Source of the DNA: an uncultured Actinomycetota bacterium
GTDB lineage: Bacteria; Actinomycetota; Actinomycetes; Mycobacteriales; Pseudonocardiaceae
DNA length: 64,000 nucleotides
Direction: 5' to 3'
Assembly: GCA_963762765.1 (NCBI GenBank)
Contig: CAVXMR010000035.1
Coordinates: forward strand, 59,084 to 123,083
Shown here: piece by piece, positions 28,874 through 38,464 of the stretch
Numbering within the stretch: position 1 is the stretch's first letter
Layout of the letters: the number at the start of each line of letters is the position of its first letter
The notes under the pieces: generated by a model
What the model was told of the DNA's origin: nothing
Database searches by the model: none
The model's input: only the letters and a program-made list of their open reading frames with translations
Translations under genes and position numbers: made by a program

Positions 28874-30387
28874 AGGTCACTTTCAGAGTCGTTGTCGCTG
28901 GCAGGGAGGCCGAAGCTGGACCAGGCCGAGGTGCCCGGCTGCAGGCTGTGGTCTTCGCTTGCCCGCGCTGGCTCGGCGGTGTCGCGGCCGGTGTTGTGGG
29001 TCAGGATGCGGATCAGGTCGTTCTCGGCGAACCGCCCGGCGATCGCCGCGATCCCCAGCGCCCGATCAACCTCTTCGGCGGGATGCAGCTTCGCCAGGGT
29101 GACCGCTTCGGCCATCTTCGGCCGGATCCGACGCGCGCCGGTGGCCGCGGCTTCGGTCAGCCACGCTGCCGCGCCACTGCCCAGCGCCAGGAACGCCGCC
29201 TCCTCCGCCGAGCTGGCCCGCGGGGTGCGGTCGCCGTGGTGATCCGGGCGCGGTGGGTAGTGCTCGTCCTTGATCGAGGGGTTGCCCGGTGTTGAGCGGA
29301 TGTGGCGGGCGACTTCGGTGGGGCCGTTGTCGTCGACGGAGGTGACGATCAGGTCGTCGCCGTGGAACCGGACCCAGACCCGGGTGTCGACCAGCGGGTG
29401 CGGCACCGAATACCGCACCCCCTCAACCGAGACGGTGCCGTCCCAGTTGACGCGCCGGGTGGTGCCGAACGCGACCGTGAAAGGCTTACGGGTCAACGGA
29501 TGCAACCGTTGGCGTTCCTCCGCGAGTGCTTCGATGGGGCGGCGGTGGGTCTCGCGGTGCGGCCGGTCGTTGACCTGCTCGCAGAACTCGCGGCAGGCGG
29601 TCTCGAGGTCGCCGAAGCTGCGGTACTCGTCAAGCAGGTTGGTGTCGGTGGGCACCAGGTCCGCCTTCGCGATCCGCACCGTCGCTTCCGACCCACCTTT
29701 GGTTTGCGGGTCCGCTGGGATGCAGGTGCGGATCGTCATGCCGTAGTGGCGGCCCACCTCGACGATGTCGGGATTGCGGACCGCGATCGACGCGATATGG
29801 TCCACCGACACAGTTTTCTCGTTGTCGGTCAACGCATACGTCGGAACACCGCCGATCCGCCGCAGCGTGGTGTCCAAACAGGCCACGATCGTCGGCAGGG
29901 TCTTGTCCATCACCGGGATCACCACCCGGAACCTCGACCACGCCAGCCAAGCGCACCACAGCTGCGTCTGCCGGCCACCGATTTTCGGTCCGTGGCCCCA
30001 ATCCCACTGCAACCACAGCCCAGGCTCCACGATCCACGGCCGGAACACCCGCCGCTGGCCGGCCTTCAGTCGCTGCTTTACCTGCGCGACCACCCGGCGG
30101 GTGGTGCGTTCACCGCCGGTGAACCCCATCGCCGTGATCCGCTGATGCACCACATCAGCGCGGACCCGCCCGTTGGAACGCACCACCAGCTCCTCGATCT
30201 TCGGCAGGTACTCGTCGATCGGGCGGACGCGGTGCTCCCGCGCCACGGGGGCCTCACCGGCCTCCCGCAGGGCCACATACCGCGCGACGGTGTGGTGGTC
30301 ACACCCCGCGAGCTCCGCCGCCGCGCGGTAACTCCCCGTGAGGTCATACGCCTCGAGGATCTCCATGATCTCCCTGCTGCTCTTCAC
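28870..30387 (-). CDS. istA: IS21 transposase
   Basis: N-terminal HTH, QWDWG, LTDNEK, PQTKGGSE, SVEGVRYSVP. Confidence 0.92.
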   Translation of the reverse strand: MKSSREIMEILEAYDLTGSYRAAAELAGCDHHTVARYVALREAGEAPVAREHRVRPIDEYLPKIEELVVRSNGRVRADVVHQRITAMGFTGGERTTRRVVAQVKQRLKAGQRRVFRPWIVEPGLWLQWDWGHGPKIGGRQTQLWCAWLAWSRFRVVIPVMDKTLPTIVACLDTTLRRIGGVPTYALTDNEKTVSVDHIASIAVRNPDIVEVGRHYGMTIRTCIPADPQTKGGSEATVRIAKADLVPTDTNLLDEYRSFGDLETACREFCEQVNDRPHRETHRRPIEALAEERQRLHPLTRKPFTVAFGTTRRVNWDGTVSVEGVRYSVPHPLVDTRVWVRFHGDDLIVTSVDDNGPTEVARHIRSTPGNPSIKDEHYPPRPDHHGDRTPRASSAEEAAFLALGSGAAAWLTEAAATGARRIRPKMAEAVTLAKLHPAEEVDRALGIAAIAGRFAENDLIRILTHNTGRDTAEPARASEDHSLQPGTSAWSSFGLPASDNDSESDL

Positions 30388-30517
30388 GTCGTGCAGCCTT
30401 GCCGCACGGCAACCCGGACTGTCTACCGGGGAGATATCTGGCCGTCCACGGGGAACCCGGTGGCCACCAGCGGGGCCTTATCTGGCCGCCTATGGGGAGT
30501 ATTCCGCGCGAGCTCGT

Positions 30518-31373
30518 ACTTCAGGATGGAAGACGGCTCGATGCCCTTTGTGTGCCGCCAGGTACCCACGAGGTCCCAAGCCACGAACCGCTTGAAGGAA
30601 GCCTTGCTCGAGCTCACGACGCGTCTCACCGACGGCGAAGTCAACAAAGACACCGATCCCAGACTCGCAGATGTCTCCAACCACCGTCAGCCTCTACCGT
30701 CGAGCACTGAAGAACTGGGCCCTCCCCTCTATGGGGTTGCTGCGATGCCGCGAAGTACGCGTGACGGATGCGACAAGGTCGTGAAAAACGCGCAGGCGAA
30801 AACCGTCAAGGCCGCCCTGCCAGGCGCTTGCGACTACGCGGTTCGGCACGGCGCAATGGACACGAACCCGGTTCGGTCCGTCGGCCGAATGTCACGCGGT
30901 AAGCAGAAACAGGTACTGAGCCTGTCCGCCGATCAGCGGGTCGACCTACTGACGAAACTCCGCGCCTACGGGCAGGCTCAGGACTGATGCGATGCGAACG
31001 ACGCAAAGGCGATGGTGAAGCCTTGCTCCTGACCCTCCCGCAGTGGTCACTACCCATGTGGCAGCGACGCAAAGAAGCCGCGAAGGACGGGATCCTGTTC
31101 GCGTCCTTCACAGGGCAACTCCTCGCCCCCTCGAACGTGATCAACCGCCTCGCCGAGGCAATGGACGCAGTGGGCTACGGCTGGGTCACCAGCCACGTGT
31201 TCCGGAAGACGGTCGGCACCGTCATCGACGAGGCAGGCCTGTCCACCACCGCGATCGCCGACCAGCTCGGCAACACCCGTGCGGTCGCGGAGCGTCACTA
31301 CCGCAAGCGCCGGGTAGCCAACCAGGCCAACGCCGCCGCCCTGGAGAACATGGTGGATCCAGGCACCCGATGA
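30518..31373 (+). pseudogene. Tyrosine integrase remnant
   Basis: YAVRHGAMDTNPV fragment, stop at 30987, then SHVFRKT, IADQLGN, RHY; first catalytic Arg box not seen. Confidence 0.8.
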
Positions 31374-31426
31374 CTGAGTTTCTGATCACTAAATGATCCC
31401 TCCGTGCACCAGTGGCACGAAACGCA

Positions 31427-31458
31427 GAGAAGCCCAGGCCTATGGCCTGGGCTTTCTC
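31427..31458 (-). terminator. Terminator downstream of tRNA-Asn
   Basis: AAGCCCAGGCC-TAT-GGCCTGGGCTT stem. Confidence 0.7.
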
Positions 31459-31467
31459 GTGAGGAAG

Positions 31468-31540
31468 CTCCCCCGCTTGGACTCGAACCAAGAACCCTCC
31501 GGTTAACAGCCGAATGCTCTGCCAGTTGAGCTACAGGGGA
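31468..31540 (-). tRNA. tRNA-Asn(GTT)
   Basis: TCCCCTG acceptor, CTGTTAA anticodon loop, GGTTCGAGTCC T-arm; 73 nt. Confidence 0.97.
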
Positions 31541-31702
31541 TCGCTCTCCGGTGCCGGTCTCTCGACCGACAAGAAGAACTTTAGACCATGGTCGCAACCG
31601 GGTTTGAGGCACCCCCCGCTTGGCGCAACCGTCCCACGGCGGCCGGTTTTCCTGGACAATCGACAGTCGGAAGACCAACTGATGAGAAGGCATGGGAAGC
31701 GG

Positions 31703-31879
31703 ATGAAGAAGTTCCTGCTGGGCGCGGGCCTCGGGTATGTGCTGGGTGCCAGGGCAGGCCGTGGCCGCTACGAGGAGCTCGTGCGGACCTATCGCCGGAT
31801 CGTCGACCACCCCATGGTGCAGGGCGCCGCCGGGATCGCGCGGCAGAAGCTCAGCGAGAAGCTCAAGCGCGGGCGCTGA
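31703..31879 (+). CDS. Small membrane protein (YtxH-like)
   Basis: FLLGAGLGYVLGARAGRGRYEEL pattern. Confidence 0.75.
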   Translation: MKKFLLGAGLGYVLGARAGRGRYEELVRTYRRIVDHPMVQGAAGIARQKLSEKLKRGR

Positions 31880-32636
31880 TCCTGGCCACGAAGGAGATCC
31901 GGCGGAACTCGAACCAGGTGATGCCGTCGGGCCTGGTCGGGTACGCCTCGTCCAGGAGTGGCGCGAGGTCGTCGCGGAAGCGGTCCCAGTCCTCGTCGTC
32001 CAGGACCGCGCGGACCGGGCGCAACGCCGTGCCGCTGATCCATTCCAGTACCGCCCGCGGGCCGGACAGGGGCTGCAGATACGTCGTTTCCCAGGCGTCG
32101 ACGACGCAGCCCGCGTCGGCCAGCAGCTCCGCGTAGCCGAGGGTACTGTCGACCGATTCGTCCTCGCGGAAGACCACGGATTCGAGCCTCGACGCCCAGG
32201 CAGGGGCCGCTCCCACCTGGCGGGCCAGTGCGTGCGAGGGGGCGTTGAAGTTCGCCGGGACCTGGATCGCGAGCCAGGCGCCCTCGGGGAGCTGCGAGAT
32301 CCAGCGTCGCAGCAGGTCCTGGTGCCCGGGGACCCACTGAAGCACCGCGTTCGACACCACGACGTCGGTGTCCGGCGCCGGGGTCCAGTCGCGGACGTCG
32401 AGGACCTGCGCGTTCAGGCCTCGCGAGCGGGCCGCGGCCACCATTTCGGGTGAGCTGTCGCTGCACTCCAGGGTCGCCGACGGCCAGCGTTTGGCCAGGT
32501 CGACCGTGAGATTGCCGGGGCCGCAGCCGAGGTCGACGACCCGGCGGGGCGCTTCGGCGCCGATCCGGGCCGTGAGGTCGTAGAACGGCCGGGCCCGCAG
32601 GTCGGCGTAGTCCAGGTACTTGGCGGGGTCCCACAT
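31863..32636 (-). CDS. tam: Trans-aconitate 2-methyltransferase
   Basis: MWDPAKYL, DLGCGPGN, SNAVLQWVP, FRRISFVA. Confidence 0.92.
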   Translation of the reverse strand: MWDPAKYLDYADLRARPFYDLTARIGAEAPRRVVDLGCGPGNLTVDLAKRWPSATLECSDSSPEMVAAARSRGLNAQVLDVRDWTPAPDTDVVVSNAVLQWVPGHQDLLRRWISQLPEGAWLAIQVPANFNAPSHALARQVGAAPAWASRLESVVFREDESVDSTLGYAELLADAGCVVDAWETTYLQPLSGPRAVLEWISGTALRPVRAVLDDEDWDRFRDDLAPLLDEAYPTRPDGITWFEFRRISFVARISARA

Positions 32637-32683
32637 CGCAGCCTCCCGGTAGCAGTACGGACGTACTGATTACGAGCGTACTG

Positions 32684-33205
32684 CTATTCGGCGGGCGTGG
32701 CCAGCTTCGCGGCGACGTGCTCGGCGATGGCCTCCACCAGGGTGAGGTCGGTACCGGGGTCCGGCCGCACCTGCAGCATGGTGCCGTCGCGCCCGGGCAC
32801 CTTCCGCTGGACGAACCAGGCGCCGCCGTCCCCGATGGCCTGCCGATGCCGCGAACGCACCGAACCGTCGACGCGCAGCCGCACGTGGTGCGGCACCTTG
32901 CTCGGCTCGGGCAGCGGGAAACGCACCGGCGCCCGATCGGCCAGCACGACCGCCGAACCCGCGGTGCCGCTCTCTTCGGACTCGGTCAGCGTGAAGACGC
33001 CGTCCTTCCACGTCGCCTTGCCGACCAGGTGCCAGCCGACGCGCCGCGCGCCCTCGCCGTCCGGGATCCACAGCCCGAGCGCGGTCACGACCAGGTATCC
33101 CCCGCCCTCGACCGGCGCGCTGTCGACGACCTCTTCGCCCGGCTCCAGCGTCCCGGCGAACCCTTCCGGGGCCCGGTCGCCGAGCAGCCTGCGCCACCAG
33201 CTCAT
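32684..33205 (-). CDS. Hypothetical protein
   Basis: ATG directly after the dnaG stop; typical codon use. Confidence 0.7.
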   Translation of the reverse strand: MSWWRRLLGDRAPEGFAGTLEPGEEVVDSAPVEGGGYLVVTALGLWIPDGEGARRVGWHLVGKATWKDGVFTLTESEESGTAGSAVVLADRAPVRFPLPEPSKVPHHVRLRVDGSVRSRHRQAIGDGGAWFVQRKVPGRDGTMLQVRPDPGTDLTLVEAIAEHVAAKLATPAE

Positions 33206-33206
33206 G

Positions 33207-35096
33207 TCAGCTCCACACGCTGGCGGCGGCCTGCGCGCCGAGCGACTTCCGGTACTGCTCCAGCGCGACGAGGTCACCGAACAGAGCACGGTAGTCGTCG
33301 GGCGACTCGACCGGCGAGAGCCGTTGCAGCTTGCCCTTGATCTCCGCGATCTGCCTGCCGACCAGCCCCTCCTGGAGTCGCGCGAGGATCGCCGAGATGT
33401 AGCGGGAATCGACTTCGTCCTTGGCCTGCAACGGTTCCACCGCCAGCTCGGAGAGCACCCGGCGGACCGTCCCTTCCGGACAGTGCGGCGTGGCGGCGTC
33501 CAGCAGCGCGTGGCCGGACAACCCGGACGCGGCACCGCCGGCCTTCAGCACCGCCTCGTGCACCGCGAGGTACACCGGGTGCGTGAACGCCTCCACCGGC
33601 AGCGCGTCGTACTCGGGCCCGGCGATGGCGGGCTGCTGCAGCGCGGCCTTGAGCACCTCACGCTCAACCGCGAAGCGTGGGTCCTTCGGCGCCGGCCGCG
33701 GCTGCTCGCCCTCGGGCACCGCCTGCCGCGCGGGCTGACGGACCGTGGTCGCGCGCTTGTCGGACGCGCCCGCGCTGCCGCGCACCCGGTTCACCACCTG
33801 CGCGACGTCCTGCCAGCCCACCCACCAGGCGAGCTTCGAGGCGTAGCCGTCCCGCGCGGCGCGGTCCTTGATCGCCGCGACCATCGGCACGGTCTTCTGC
33901 AGCGCCTGGACCTGGCCGTCCACCGAGTCCAGGTCGAAGGTCTTGAGCGAGCTGCGGATCGCGAACTCGAACAGCGGGGTACGGCGCGCGACCAGATCCT
34001 TCACCGCGCTGTCGCCCTTGGCCAGGCGCAGCTCGCAGGGATCCATCCCGTCCGGCGCCACCGCGATGTAGGTCTGCCCCGCGAAGGTCTGGTCGCCCTC
34101 GAACGCCTTGAGCGCCGCCTTCTGGCCCGCTTCGTCACCGTCGAAGGTGAAGATCACTTCGCCGCGGAAGGCGTCGTCGTCCATCATCAGCCGGCGAAGC
34201 ACCTTCATGTGGTCTTCGCCGAACGCCGTGCCCGAGGAGGCGACCGCGGTCGGCACGCCCGCCGCGTGCATCGCCATCACGTCGGTGTAGCCCTCGACCA
34301 CGACCACCTGGTGGCGCTTCGAGATCTCGCGCTTGGCCAGGTCGAGGCCGAACATGACATGGGACTTCTTGTAGATCGGCGACTCGGCGGTGTTGAGGTA
34401 CTTCGCCGAGATCCGGTCGTCGTCGAACAGCCGCCGCGCGCCGAAGCCGACGACGTCGTTGCCGACGTCGCGGATCGGCCAGACCAGCCGCCGGTGGAAG
34501 CGGTCCATCGGACCGCGCTGGCCTTCCTTGGACAGCCCCGCCGTGAGCAGCTCCTTGACCTCGAAACCTCGCGTGAGCAGGAACTTCGTCAGCTTGTCCC
34601 AGCCGCCGGGGGCATACCCGCAGCCGAACGTCTTGGCCGCGGCCGCGTCGAACCCGCGCTCGGAGAGGAAGTCGCGCGCGGTGCGGGCCTCGTCGGTGGC
34701 CAGCTGCTCGGCGTAGAACTCCTGCGCCAGGCGGTGCGCCTCGACCAGGCGGGTGCGGGACCCGCGGTCACGCTGGATGGTCGCGCCGCCACCCTCGTAG
34801 GTAAGCCGGAGGCCGACCCGGTCGGCCAGCCGCTCGACCGCCTCCACGAAGGAGATCAGGTCGATCTTCTGGATGAACTTGATGACGTCCCCGCCCTCGC
34901 CACAGCCGAAGCAGTGGAAGGTGCCGTGGGTGGGGCGCACGTTGAACGACGGGGTCTTCTCGTTGTGGAACGGGCAGAGGCCTTTCATGCTGCCCCCGCC
35001 GGCGCTGCGCAGCGCCACGTACTCGCCGATGACCTCGTCGATCCGGTTGCGCTCACGCACCTCCGCGATGTCGCTATCCCGAATCCGTCCTGCCAC
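33207..35096 (-). CDS. dnaG: DNA primase
   Basis: CPFHNEKTPSF zinc finger, KYLNT, VVEGYTDV, FDGDEAG TOPRIM. Confidence 0.97.
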   Translation of the reverse strand: MAGRIRDSDIAEVRERNRIDEVIGEYVALRSAGGGSMKGLCPFHNEKTPSFNVRPTHGTFHCFGCGEGGDVIKFIQKIDLISFVEAVERLADRVGLRLTYEGGGATIQRDRGSRTRLVEAHRLAQEFYAEQLATDEARTARDFLSERGFDAAAAKTFGCGYAPGGWDKLTKFLLTRGFEVKELLTAGLSKEGQRGPMDRFHRRLVWPIRDVGNDVVGFGARRLFDDDRISAKYLNTAESPIYKKSHVMFGLDLAKREISKRHQVVVVEGYTDVMAMHAAGVPTAVASSGTAFGEDHMKVLRRLMMDDDAFRGEVIFTFDGDEAGQKAALKAFEGDQTFAGQTYIAVAPDGMDPCELRLAKGDSAVKDLVARRTPLFEFAIRSSLKTFDLDSVDGQVQALQKTVPMVAAIKDRAARDGYASKLAWWVGWQDVAQVVNRVRGSAGASDKRATTVRQPARQAVPEGEQPRPAPKDPRFAVEREVLKAALQQPAIAGPEYDALPVEAFTHPVYLAVHEAVLKAGGAASGLSGHALLDAATPHCPEGTVRRVLSELAVEPLQAKDEVDSRYISAILARLQEGLVGRQIAEIKGKLQRLSPVESPDDYRALFGDLVALEQYRKSLGAQAAASVWS

Positions 35097-35148
35097 GTCC
35101 CCCACTCTAGTTCTCCCCCGGGTGACGCCGTGCGGCACACTCGGGGTC

Positions 35149-36099
35149 ATGGGCACTGTTACGGCTCTGGACACGCTCGCCGACGAGTTCGCCGAGCACC
35201 GGTCCCACCTGATCGGGGTCGCCTACCGGCTGACCGGCACCCGCGCCGACGCCGAGGACGCCGTCCAGGAGTCCTGGCTGCGGCTGGCCGGGCTGGACGA
35301 CGCCGGGCGTGTCGGGATCCGCGACCTGCGCGGCTGGCTGACCACGGTGGTCGGCCGGATTTGCCTCGACCGGCTCAAGTCGGCGCCGGCCCGGCGCGAG
35401 CAGTACGTCGGGCAGTGGCTGCCGGAGCCGATCGTGACGCCATTCGGGCAGCCGGTGAGCGAGGACCCGCTGGAGGTCGCGGTGCGCGACGACGGCCTGC
35501 GGATGGCTGCCCTGGTCGTGCTCGACAAGCTGACGCCGGAGCAGCGCGTCGCGTTCGTGCTGCACGACGCGTTCTCGGTGCCCTTCGCCGAGATCGGCGA
35601 GATCCTCGGCTGCTCCCCCGACACCGCCCGCCAGCACGGCTCAAGAGGCCGCCGCGCCCTGGCCGACGCCGACCCGGCGCCGCGCGCACCGCTGGACGAC
35701 CAGGCGAAGATCCTCGAGAAGTTCGTCACGGCGCTGCTGGCCGGGGACATCCAGGCGGTCACCGAGCTGCTGCACCCCGACGTCGTGCTCATCGGCGACG
35801 CCAACGGCAAGGGCCGCACCGCACGCCAGCTCATCGTGGGCGCGGACAAGCTGGCCCGGTTCTTCCTCGGGCTGCTGCGGAAGTACGCGCCGGAGATGGT
35901 CGAACGCGGCGCTCCGGTGCTGGTCAACGGCGATCTCGGGATGTACCTGCCGCCGATGCCGGGCCGCGACGGCTTCCTGGCCGTCGACGAGCACGTGCAG
36001 GCGGTGAGCATCCGCGACGGCCTGATCGTCGGGATCTACGACGTGGTCAACCCGGACAAGCTGGCGCGCATCACGCGTCCCGCCGCTTCGCCGTCGTGA
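35149..36099 (+). CDS. ECF41 (SigJ-type) sigma factor
   Basis: DAEDAVQE, YVGQWLPEP, SnoaL-like extension with NPDKL. Confidence 0.92.
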   Translation: MGTVTALDTLADEFAEHRSHLIGVAYRLTGTRADAEDAVQESWLRLAGLDDAGRVGIRDLRGWLTTVVGRICLDRLKSAPARREQYVGQWLPEPIVTPFGQPVSEDPLEVAVRDDGLRMAALVVLDKLTPEQRVAFVLHDAFSVPFAEIGEILGCSPDTARQHGSRGRRALADADPAPRAPLDDQAKILEKFVTALLAGDIQAVTELLHPDVVLIGDANGKGRTARQLIVGADKLARFFLGLLRKYAPEMVERGAPVLVNGDLGMYLPPMPGRDGFLAVDEHVQAVSIRDGLIVGIYDVVNPDKLARITRPAASPS

Positions 36100-36838
36100 T
36101 GCCCGCTGCGAGCACTATCAGCGCGAAGGCGGCGAAGTAGGCGAGAGCCCAACCCGGGTTGAGCGGTGAGTCGGATAGGACGTTCGCGTTGCCGCCGTCC
36201 CGTCCGCCGTTGGCCTGGCCGGTGTCGCTGAGGAACTTCGTGACGACGTTCAGCGGCAGCCACCGGTGGATCGCCGCGCCGGCGTGCGGGATGAGCGTGA
36301 CGAGGTCTTCGACGACGAGCGCGTAGGTGATCACGAGCGCCAGCGCGCCGGCGCCATGCCGGATCAGCAGCCCGGCGCCGACCGCCGCGACGGCGGCGAG
36401 CGCGTACACCACGCCAGTGCCCGCGACGATGGCCCAGTCCGCCGCGCTGTCGAGCGCGAGGTCGTCCGGGGCGATGAGCCGGCTCACGCCCCAGGCACCG
36501 AACGCCGAGACTTCGCCGATGAGGAAAGCGAACCCGGCCACGACGGCGGCCTTGGCGAGCAGGGCCGGGGTTCTGCGCGGGACGGCCTGGAACGTCGTGC
36601 GGATGGTGCCGGTGCGGTACTCCGTGGTCACCGCGAGGGCGGCCAGCGCGAGCACGACGACGAGCCCGAGCCGGTAACCGAACTGCGTCGAGGCGACGGT
36701 CGGCGGCAGGCTCGACTCGCTCGCGCCGCCGACGACGAGGGCGGCCACGACGGCGGTGAGAACGATGGCGAGCAACGCGCACACCCAAGGCGTGCGGGTG
36801 CTGAGCAGCTTGATGCGCTCGACGGCGAGCAGGTGCAT
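36071..36838 (-). CDS. ABC-2 type permease
   Basis: ERIKLLSTR, EYRTGTIRTTF, LLAKA, RRDA terminus. Confidence 0.85.
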   Translation of the reverse strand: MHLLAVERIKLLSTRTPWVCALLAIVLTAVVAALVVGGASESSLPPTVASTQFGYRLGLVVVLALAALAVTTEYRTGTIRTTFQAVPRRTPALLAKAAVVAGFAFLIGEVSAFGAWGVSRLIAPDDLALDSAADWAIVAGTGVVYALAAVAAVGAGLLIRHGAGALALVITYALVVEDLVTLIPHAGAAIHRWLPLNVVTKFLSDTGQANGGRDGGNANVLSDSPLNPGWALAYFAAFALIVLAAGITTAKRRDA

Positions 36839-36934
36839 GGCGGGATTCCCTTCCGTGGCAACGGAAGAATGGTCCCGCCGGAGCAGGACGAGCGCGTCCC
36901 ACCGAGGGCCGACATCGCGCGTCAGCCCGGGGTG

Positions 36935-36987
36935 GGGACTCGTGAGCGTTCCGGGCGGTTAGAACCGCCCGGAACGCTCACGAGCCC
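36935..36987. repeat. CTCGTGAG palindromic repeat
   Basis: CTCGTGAGCGTTCCGGGCGGTT-AG-AACCGCCCGGAACGCTCACGAG. Confidence 0.9.
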
Positions 36988-36999
36988 TGGTCTCTACCC

Positions 37000-37566
37000 C
37001 TACGGCAGTGGCACCCGGCAGGCGTCGCCCGTGGTGAAGCCCTGGTCCACGATCCCGAGCGCGCTGTTCATCCGGGCGCGCATGTTCTCCAGCGCGATCT
37101 GGTACGTCAGCTCGATCACCCCGTCGCGGCCGAACTCCCGCTCGAGCTCCGCCACCTGCTCGTCCGTCACGGACATCTGCCCCACCGTCATCGCGTCCGC
37201 GTACGCCAGCGCGAGACGCTCCGAAGCGCTGAAGGCGGGCGAAGTCGCGTAGGAGTCGATGTTCTTCAGGCGCTCGATGTCGAGGCCGTCGTGCAGCTGC
37301 AGCATCGTGCCGAAGTCGACGCACCACGAGCACCCGACCTGCGTCGCCACCCGGTAGACGGCCAATTCGCGCACCGCGGCCGGCAGCTTCTTCGACGCGC
37401 GCTCCGCCAGCAGTTCGTGCACGGCGTTCGCGCGCAGGAGGCCCGGATGGTGCGCCACAACGGCCATCGGTTCCGGCACCGCGCCGTATCGCCGTCCGGC
37501 GAAGCGGTAGGCGAGCTTCAGGAACAGCCCGGCTTCGGAGGTCTTCTTCGCGGGAATGCGAGGCAT
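37000..37566 (-). CDS. Carboxymuconolactone decarboxylase (AhpD-like) family protein
   Basis: GCSWCVDFG CxxC; AAGGAG RBS. Confidence 0.88.
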   Translation of the reverse strand: MPRIPAKKTSEAGLFLKLAYRFAGRRYGAVPEPMAVVAHHPGLLRANAVHELLAERASKKLPAAVRELAVYRVATQVGCSWCVDFGTMLQLHDGLDIERLKNIDSYATSPAFSASERLALAYADAMTVGQMSVTDEQVAELEREFGRDGVIELTYQIALENMRARMNSALGIVDQGFTTGDACRVPLP

Positions 37567-37587
37567 CTTCCTTCTCCTTCGTCTCGT

Positions 37588-38115
37588 TCACCGGATGGAC
37601 GAGACGGCCTCCTCAGGTGTGACAGGTTTGCTCAGATGGACCGCACCCGCGATCGACGACGACGCCAGCTGGTACCCGGCCCGCTGATACATCGCGATGT
37701 TCCGGGTGCTGCGGGCCCCGGTGTACAGCGCGAACCGCCGCGCCGACGCGGGCGCGGCCGCCTCGGCAAACGCCAGCATCCGGCGGCCGAGGCCGTGGCC
37801 TGCGAGGTCCGGCGCGACCATCAGGCGGCCGATCTCCCAGACGTCCCCGTCCAGCCGCGCGCGGACGGCGCCGACCAGGCGGTGCCCCAGCCGGACCTGC
37901 CAGACCGACCACGTCGTCAGCCATTCTCGGACCTCTTCGAGGCTTTCGGTCAACGCAGGGATGTCCAGGGTCTCGTTCGCGATCGCCTCCTGGACCCAGC
38001 AGCAGCGCTGCAGGACGAGGACTTGCGCGGCGTCTTCAGCGGTCGCCGGCGCGATGACCAGGTCGCCGAGGTTGCGCTCACCGCCGGGACGGGCTTGGGT
38101 TCGGGGAATGACCAC
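37588..38115 (-). CDS. GNAT acetyltransferase (start uncertain)
   Basis: IGRLMVAPDLAGHGLGR, NIAMYQRAGY. Confidence 0.85.
   Translation of the reverse strand: MVIPRTQARPGGERNLGDLVIAPATAEDAAQVLVLQRCCWVQEAIANETLDIPALTESLEEVREWLTTWSVWQVRLGHRLVGAVRARLDGDVWEIGRLMVAPDLAGHGLGRRMLAFAEAAAPASARRFALYTGARSTRNIAMYQRAGYQLASSSIAGAVHLSKPVTPEEAVSSIR
37598..37624 (-). promoter_or_regulatory. ECF41-type promoter
   Basis: TGTCACA-N16-CGTC ending 31 nt upstream of the CMD start. Confidence 0.8.
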
Positions 38116-38464
38116 ACCCCCGGGATATCACACGGTGACCCCGCGCATGGTCGTGAGCGACCCGGTGGCCGCCGCGGCGTTTCTCCGCGCCACCTTCGGC
38201 GCGACCGGCGAATGCCATGAGCACCGGCCGTCCGAGATCCACATCGGCGACTCGCTGCTCATGATCTCCTCGACCGAGGCGCGCGAGGCGTTCCCCGCGT
38301 TCCTCTACGTCTACGTCGACGACGCGGACGTCACCTACCGGCGGGCGATCGACGCCGGGGCGGAAAGCCTCGAAGAACCGGCCGACACGCCCTACGGTGA
38401 CCGGCGGGCGATGGTGCGCGACCCGTTCGGCAACATCTTCCAGATCGCGCACCACCCCGGCTAA
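38108..38464 (+). CDS. VOC/glyoxalase (PhnB-like) protein
   Basis: GYHTVTP, IGDSLLMI, YGDRRAMVRDPFGN. Confidence 0.88.
   Translation: MTTPPGYHTVTPRMVVSDPVAAAAFLRATFGATGECHEHRPSEIHIGDSLLMISSTEAREAFPAFLYVYVDDADVTYRRAIDAGAESLEEPADTPYGDRRAMVRDPFGNIFQIAHHPG

Larger units (their letters stand above)
28346..30500 (-). mobile_element. IS21-family element, truncated
   Basis: istA-istB pair; subterminal GGGG...TGGCC repeats at 30428-30500; other end missing. Confidence 0.85.

Noticed and set aside
30428-30500. Short spaced repeats as a CRISPR array
   Set aside because: Degenerate, no proper spacers, no cas genes; fits IS21 subterminal repeats.
32697-36140. 1147-aa plus-strand ORF
   Set aside because: Antisense shadow of dnaG with no motifs; typical high-GC artefact.
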